From Burkholderiales bacterium (lineage in GTDB: Bacteria; Pseudomonadota; Gammaproteobacteria; Burkholderiales; SG8-41): a stretch of DNA of 64,000 nt. This document shows positions 60,867 through 64,000 of this stretch, piece after piece. The notes under the pieces were generated by a model. The model was given only the letters and a program-made list of their open reading frames with translations, made no database searches and had not been told where the DNA came from. Position 1 is the first letter of the stretch, and the number at the start of each line of letters is the position of its first letter. The stretch is taken from positions 2,289 through 66,288 of the forward strand of contig JBKBXX010000003.1 of the NCBI GenBank assembly GCA_046313915.1. Direction: 5' to 3'. A program made the position numbers and the translations under genes.

Positions 60867-62112
60867 ATCCCGGCAGCCCCTTCTCCGCCAGCGCTTCGAC
60901 CCATTTCAACTGCTTGGGCAGGCATACCTTCTTCAGGTCGTAATTCGCCTGCGCAAAGGCTCGGGCGTTCGCGCCCAGGCGTTGCCGCGCAGCCGGGTCG
61001 TCCAGCAACGCACAGACCTCGTTCGCGAGCCCCGCCACATCAAAAAAATCCACCAGCCGCCCGGTCTCGTCGTGGCGGATCGCTTCGCGCAGCGGCTGGG
61101 TGTCGCTCGCGACGATCGCACAGCCTGCGCTCATCGCTTCGAGCAGGCTCCAGGAGAGCACGAACGGATAAGTCAGGTACACATGCACCGTCGAAAGCTG
61201 CAAGAGCGGAATGAAATGCTGGTACGGGATGTTGCCCAGGAAATGCGCCCGCGCCCAGTCGGCATCGGCAATCTGCGGGCGCACCTCGGCGGCGAAGATG
61301 TCCTTCCACTTCTGGCCATTCTCGTGCCTCGCGCCGTAGCTCACGTCGTCGCCGCCGACGATCAGCACCCGCGCCCTGGGCCGGCGCTTCAGAATCTCCG
61401 GCAGTGCCCGCATGAAAATGTGATAGCCGCGATACGGTTCGAGGTTGCGGTTGACGAAGGTGATGACTTCGTCCTGCTTCGTGAGCACCAGCTTGCCGTT
61501 CAACGTCAGACTCACCGCAGGACCGGGGCGGATGGCATGGGTGTCGATGCCGTCGTGCACCACGGTGATCCGGCTGCGGAAGCGCTCGGGAAAAGTGCTC
61601 GCCTGCCAGTGCGTGGGGCTGATGCCCGCGTCGGCCACTTCGAAGTGCAGCAGGTTGTTGAGGTTCTTCAGCCGCAGCCGGCACACCTCGCCTGCGTCGC
61701 TCGCCGGAAACTCGGGATCGAAGCCGACGTCGGCGCCGTGGGCCTGATAAAAAAACTCGCAGTAAATGCCGAGCCTGGCCGCCGGCCAGACGTCCTTGAG
61801 GAACAAGCTCTCGCCCCAGCCATGGTGCGCAATGATCACGTCGGGGTCGAAGCCCGACTCTTTCATCTTCAAGGCCGCCCTGAAGCACGCCTCGCCGCGG
61901 ATGGTCTTGGTCTCGAAATCGCTCACCCACGGATGCACATTGGGGGTGGTGCCCCGGCTGGCGGTGTAGGGCACGAGTTTCACGCCCTGCCATTCGCTCG
62001 TATTGACCTTCTGCATCGTCATCGCCACCACCTCGTGGCCTCGCTGCGCGAGCGCGGGCGCGAGATGCTTGAACTGGCCCGGGAAGTTCTGATGAACGAA
62101 CAGGATGTTCAT
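60865..62112 (-). CDS. glycosyltransferase family 4
   Basis: MNILFVHQNFPGQFKHLAP..., with C-terminal GT-B EX7E-like region LLEAMSAGCAIVASD. Confidence 0.85.
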   Translation of the reverse strand: MNILFVHQNFPGQFKHLAPALAQRGHEVVAMTMQKVNTSEWQGVKLVPYTASRGTTPNVHPWVSDFETKTIRGEACFRAALKMKESGFDPDVIIAHHGWGESLFLKDVWPAARLGIYCEFFYQAHGADVGFDPEFPASDAGEVCRLRLKNLNNLLHFEVADAGISPTHWQASTFPERFRSRITVVHDGIDTHAIRPGPAVSLTLNGKLVLTKQDEVITFVNRNLEPYRGYHIFMRALPEILKRRPRARVLIVGGDDVSYGARHENGQKWKDIFAAEVRPQIADADWARAHFLGNIPYQHFIPLLQLSTVHVYLTYPFVLSWSLLEAMSAGCAIVASDTQPLREAIRHDETGRLVDFFDVAGLANEVCALLDDPAARQRLGANARAFAQANYDLKKVCLPKQLKWVEALAEKGLPG

Positions 62113-62294
62113 GAGCACACCTTCAGGATGCCCAGCTTCACCAGCCAGACCAGGGCGCGGAACACGAAAGCCTGCCGTTCGGCGGGGATGGTCGAAACCA
62201 GCTCGGCCGCCTGCCGTGGGCCGGAGGCGGCGGCGTCGAGCACAGCCTGCACTTCAGCTTCACTCGGCAGCACTGCCCTCGCGAAGTTCACCAT
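62109..62294 (-). CDS. small hypothetical protein (61 aa), ATGA-coupled to the GT4 gene
   Basis: The stop TGA overlaps the GT4 ATG. No strong SD and no recognisable family. Confidence 0.4.
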   Translation of the reverse strand: MVNFARAVLPSEAEVQAVLDAAASGPRQAAELVSTIPAERQAFVFRALVWLVKLGILKVCS

Positions 62295-62324
62295 CGCCAG
62301 TTGCCGGTAGTCAATAAAGAGTCA

Positions 62325-62347
62325 ATAAAGGGGTCAGACCCCTTTTT
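62325..62347. repeat. palindrome AATAAAGGGGTCAGACCCCTTTTT preceded by GTCAATAAAG x2
   Basis: Read directly from the sequence. Confidence 0.9.
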
Positions 62348-62373
62348 CTCAGCCCCCCTTGTTCTCCTTCTCT

Positions 62374-62464
62374 CCAGAAACGACTCGCCCGCCGCGTTGC
62401 GGCCCATCAGCTTGGGGCCGGTGGTGGTGTAGGCTTCGGGGTGAAAATAGATAGCGGCGGTCAT
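62374..62464 (-). pseudogene. 5' remnant (~30 codons) of a glycosyltransferase-like gene
   Basis: MTAAIYFHPEAYTTTGPKLMGRNAAGESFL then repeat-derived sequence. Its ATG overlaps the upstream methyltransferase stop (ATGA). Confidence 0.45.
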
Positions 62465-63063
62465 TTTGGGAAATGGGCCAGCGCGAGCGCGCGCAATTCT
62501 GCCTCTGCCATCGGCGCGACGGTCGCCAGCGCCCACAGATCGTAGGCTGGGTGGCCGCGGCGGCTCGCCGCCACCATCGCAAGGCCGGCGGCCTGCAAGG
62601 TCCCGGTGAGCACCTTCTGCGTGAAGCCGCAGCGATGCGCCATGTAGAAGTTCCCCTGCGCCAAAGCCGGGCGATGGCCGTAGAGGATGTCGATTGGTGC
62701 AATCGGTCCGGCCGGAGCGGTGTAAGCCGGTTCGGTCAACTTGTCCTCGGCGATGAGCGCGCAGACCGATTGCAAATCGGGGCAAGTAATCACCACGAAG
62801 CCTTCCGGCTTCAGCACCCGCTTGAACTCGGCCAGCGCGAGCGGCACTTCATGCGGATAGAGGTGTTCGATGTTGTGGCTGGAGAAAATGGCATCCACCG
62901 AGGCATTCGCCACGGCGGACATATTCAGCATCGTGCCGACAATGTCGGGATTGACGGCTTCGTCGATGTCCAGGCGCAACTCATTCCACTCCGGGGTGTT
63001 GAAACCGCGCGTGGTCTGGTCTTTGCGCTTGGGGCCGCAGCCGACGTGGAGAAAAGTTTTCAT
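62461..63063 (-). CDS. class I SAM-dependent methyltransferase (Methyltransf_11-like)
   Basis: MKTFLHVGCGPK...DAIFSSHNIEHLYPHEV...LKPEGFVVITCPD. Confidence 0.85.
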   Translation of the reverse strand: MKTFLHVGCGPKRKDQTTRGFNTPEWNELRLDIDEAVNPDIVGTMLNMSAVANASVDAIFSSHNIEHLYPHEVPLALAEFKRVLKPEGFVVITCPDLQSVCALIAEDKLTEPAYTAPAGPIAPIDILYGHRPALAQGNFYMAHRCGFTQKVLTGTLQAAGLAMVAASRRGHPAYDLWALATVAPMAEAELRALALAHFPK

Positions 63064-63770
63064 GCCCAATCCCCTGGTTTGTTATTGTCCTTGGGGGGTC
63101 TGCCGCGCAGACGGGGCAGCACCGCCTGGCCGAGGCGCCTGCCGATCTCTTCCGCAAAGCGACCGTCGCCCACCACCACGCCCTGCTGGGTGGCGGTGCG
63201 GATCAAATTCCAGGCCGGGTCGTCCATCTCGGTGGCGAACAAGTCGCGGTAGGCCCGTTGCCGCGCTTCCGCTGCCGCGCCCAGGGCGAGATATTGATCA
63301 TGAGGCGTCAGCAAGTGATCTTCCACCCCCAACGCATTGGCGCGGTAACTGCTCCAGCGATACTCGCCGGGGGCCTTCATCATCCTGGCGCGCACCGGGT
63401 TGAGTTCGACATAGCGCATGCAGGCCAGCAGATAGCGCTCGGACTGCACATGACTCGCTTTGTATCGCCCTTGCCAAAGCCCGCCGCTGCGGCGGTAGGT
63501 GCGATTGACGTACTGCACGTAGCGCCGGCCCATGTCCTGCATCAAGCCCGCCAACTCCCCTGCCGACGGCGCGGTGAGCAGCAGATGCACATGATTGGTC
63601 ATCAGGCAGTAGGCATGCAACGCGATGTCACGTTTGCAGGCATATTCACCCAGCCAGTCGAGATAAAGCCGACAGTCGTCATCGGAGAAGAACACCGGCT
63701 GGCGATCGACGCCACGCTGAACGGCGTGCTGGGGCACACCGGGCAGATCGAAGCGGGGGCGGCGGGGCAT
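63060..63770 (-). CDS. REP-associated tyrosine transposase (RAYT; IS200/IS605 Y1 HUH family)
   Basis: PRRPRFDLPGVPQHAVQRGVDRQPVF...HAYCLMTNHVHLL (HUH)...GGLWQGRYKAS (catalytic Tyr context)...YVELNPVRA. Confidence 0.85.
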   Translation of the reverse strand: MPRRPRFDLPGVPQHAVQRGVDRQPVFFSDDDCRLYLDWLGEYACKRDIALHAYCLMTNHVHLLLTAPSAGELAGLMQDMGRRYVQYVNRTYRRSGGLWQGRYKASHVQSERYLLACMRYVELNPVRARMMKAPGEYRWSSYRANALGVEDHLLTPHDQYLALGAAAEARQRAYRDLFATEMDDPAWNLIRTATQQGVVVGDGRFAEEIGRRLGQAVLPRLRGRPPKDNNKPGDWA

Positions 63771-63800
63771 GGGCGGAGATTATCCCGCCTGGATTACCCT

Positions 63801-63848
63801 GTAAAGGGGTCAGACCCCTTTTTGCTTTTAGACCCCTTTTTGCTTTTA
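63801..63848. repeat. palindrome GTAAAGGGGTCAGACCCCTTTTT with a duplicated right half (agacccctttttgctttta x2)
   Basis: Read directly from the sequence. Lies 31 nt upstream of the RAYT start. Confidence 0.9.
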
Positions 63849-63880
63849 AAAAAACCCCGCCCCCTGAGGGGCGGGGTGTA
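63849..63880 (-). terminator. intrinsic terminator
   Basis: Minus strand has ccccgcccc-tcag-ggggcgggg followed by TTTTTTT. Confidence 0.8.
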
Positions 63881-63892
63881 ACCGAGCTTGGT

Positions 63893-64000
63893 TTATCCTT
63901 GCCCTGTGAAATCGCCGTTGGCGAAGCCGCCTGCCGCCACGCCCTGCACTGTGCCTATGAGGGTGAGGTTGCCGGCCTGGATTCCAGCGGTTGCGTCCTC
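63893..64000 (-). CDS. 3' end of a Gly-rich protein (partial; runs off the window)
   Basis: My manual translation gives ...EDATAGIQAGNLTLIGTVQGVAAGGFANGDFTGQG*. The stop is followed by the strong terminator. Confidence 0.35.
   Translation of the reverse strand, partial: EDATAGIQAGNLTLIGTVQGVAAGGFANGDFTGQG

Overview
High-G+C proteobacterial chromosome segment. Gene content and synteny look betaproteobacterial, which is inference. I support about 60 CDS.

Positions 1-40.8 kb are ordinary, densely packed housekeeping DNA. In order: ahcY-metF behind SAH riboswitches, ttcA, a pteridine reductase-like SDR, a MidA-type methyltransferase, phoU, rpiA, ilvA, slt, cca, yggX, a PAS-GGDEF-EAL sensor, argA, rsmE, trkAH, yqgE-ruvX-pyrR-pyrB-pyrC', prlC, xth, glnA-(DUF4124)-ntrB-ntrC, and uppP.

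Positions 40.8-55.7 kb carry a MacAB-type efflux operon, thiC with a TPP riboswitch, pcm, tolC, waaC-waaA and rfbBACD.

Positions 55.7-64 kb look accessory. They hold a serralysin-like metalloprotease, a hypothetical gene, a methyltransferase with a regulatory domain, vapBC, a GT4 glycosyltransferase, a small ORF, a glycosyltransferase remnant, a small methyltransferase and a REP-associated tyrosine transposase (RAYT).

The most unusual signal is non-coding. Three interleaved repeat families occur:
(i) GTGG-headed REP/REPIN elements (GTGGGAG-GGGGCTTGCCCC-CGATC and GTGGGAG-CCGGCTTGCCGG-CGATC). I count about 22 copies by eye, all between 40.8 and 60.9 kb.
(ii) A roughly 23-bp palindrome, ATAAAGGGGTCWGACCCCTTTAT.
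(iii) Tandem heptanucleotide arrays (GGGTAAT / GGTGAAT / GGGAAAT / GGGGAAT). These often occur as inverted array pairs at gene boundaries.

Best candidates for something new:
- The RAYT gene is translationally coupled (ATGA overlaps) to a methyltransferase and a truncated glycosyltransferase, and the whole block is bracketed by the palindrome.
- A four-helix-bundle gene (23S-rRNA-IVS-protein family) sits inside the rfbB-rfbA junction between inverted heptamer arrays. This gives an IVS-like cassette inside an mRNA operon.

Also notable are tandem SAH riboswitches and an in-frame Cro/YdaS-like HTH joined to a class V aminotransferase. No rRNA, tRNA or CRISPR was seen. All family assignments come from reading the translated ORFs and recalling motifs; no searches were run.
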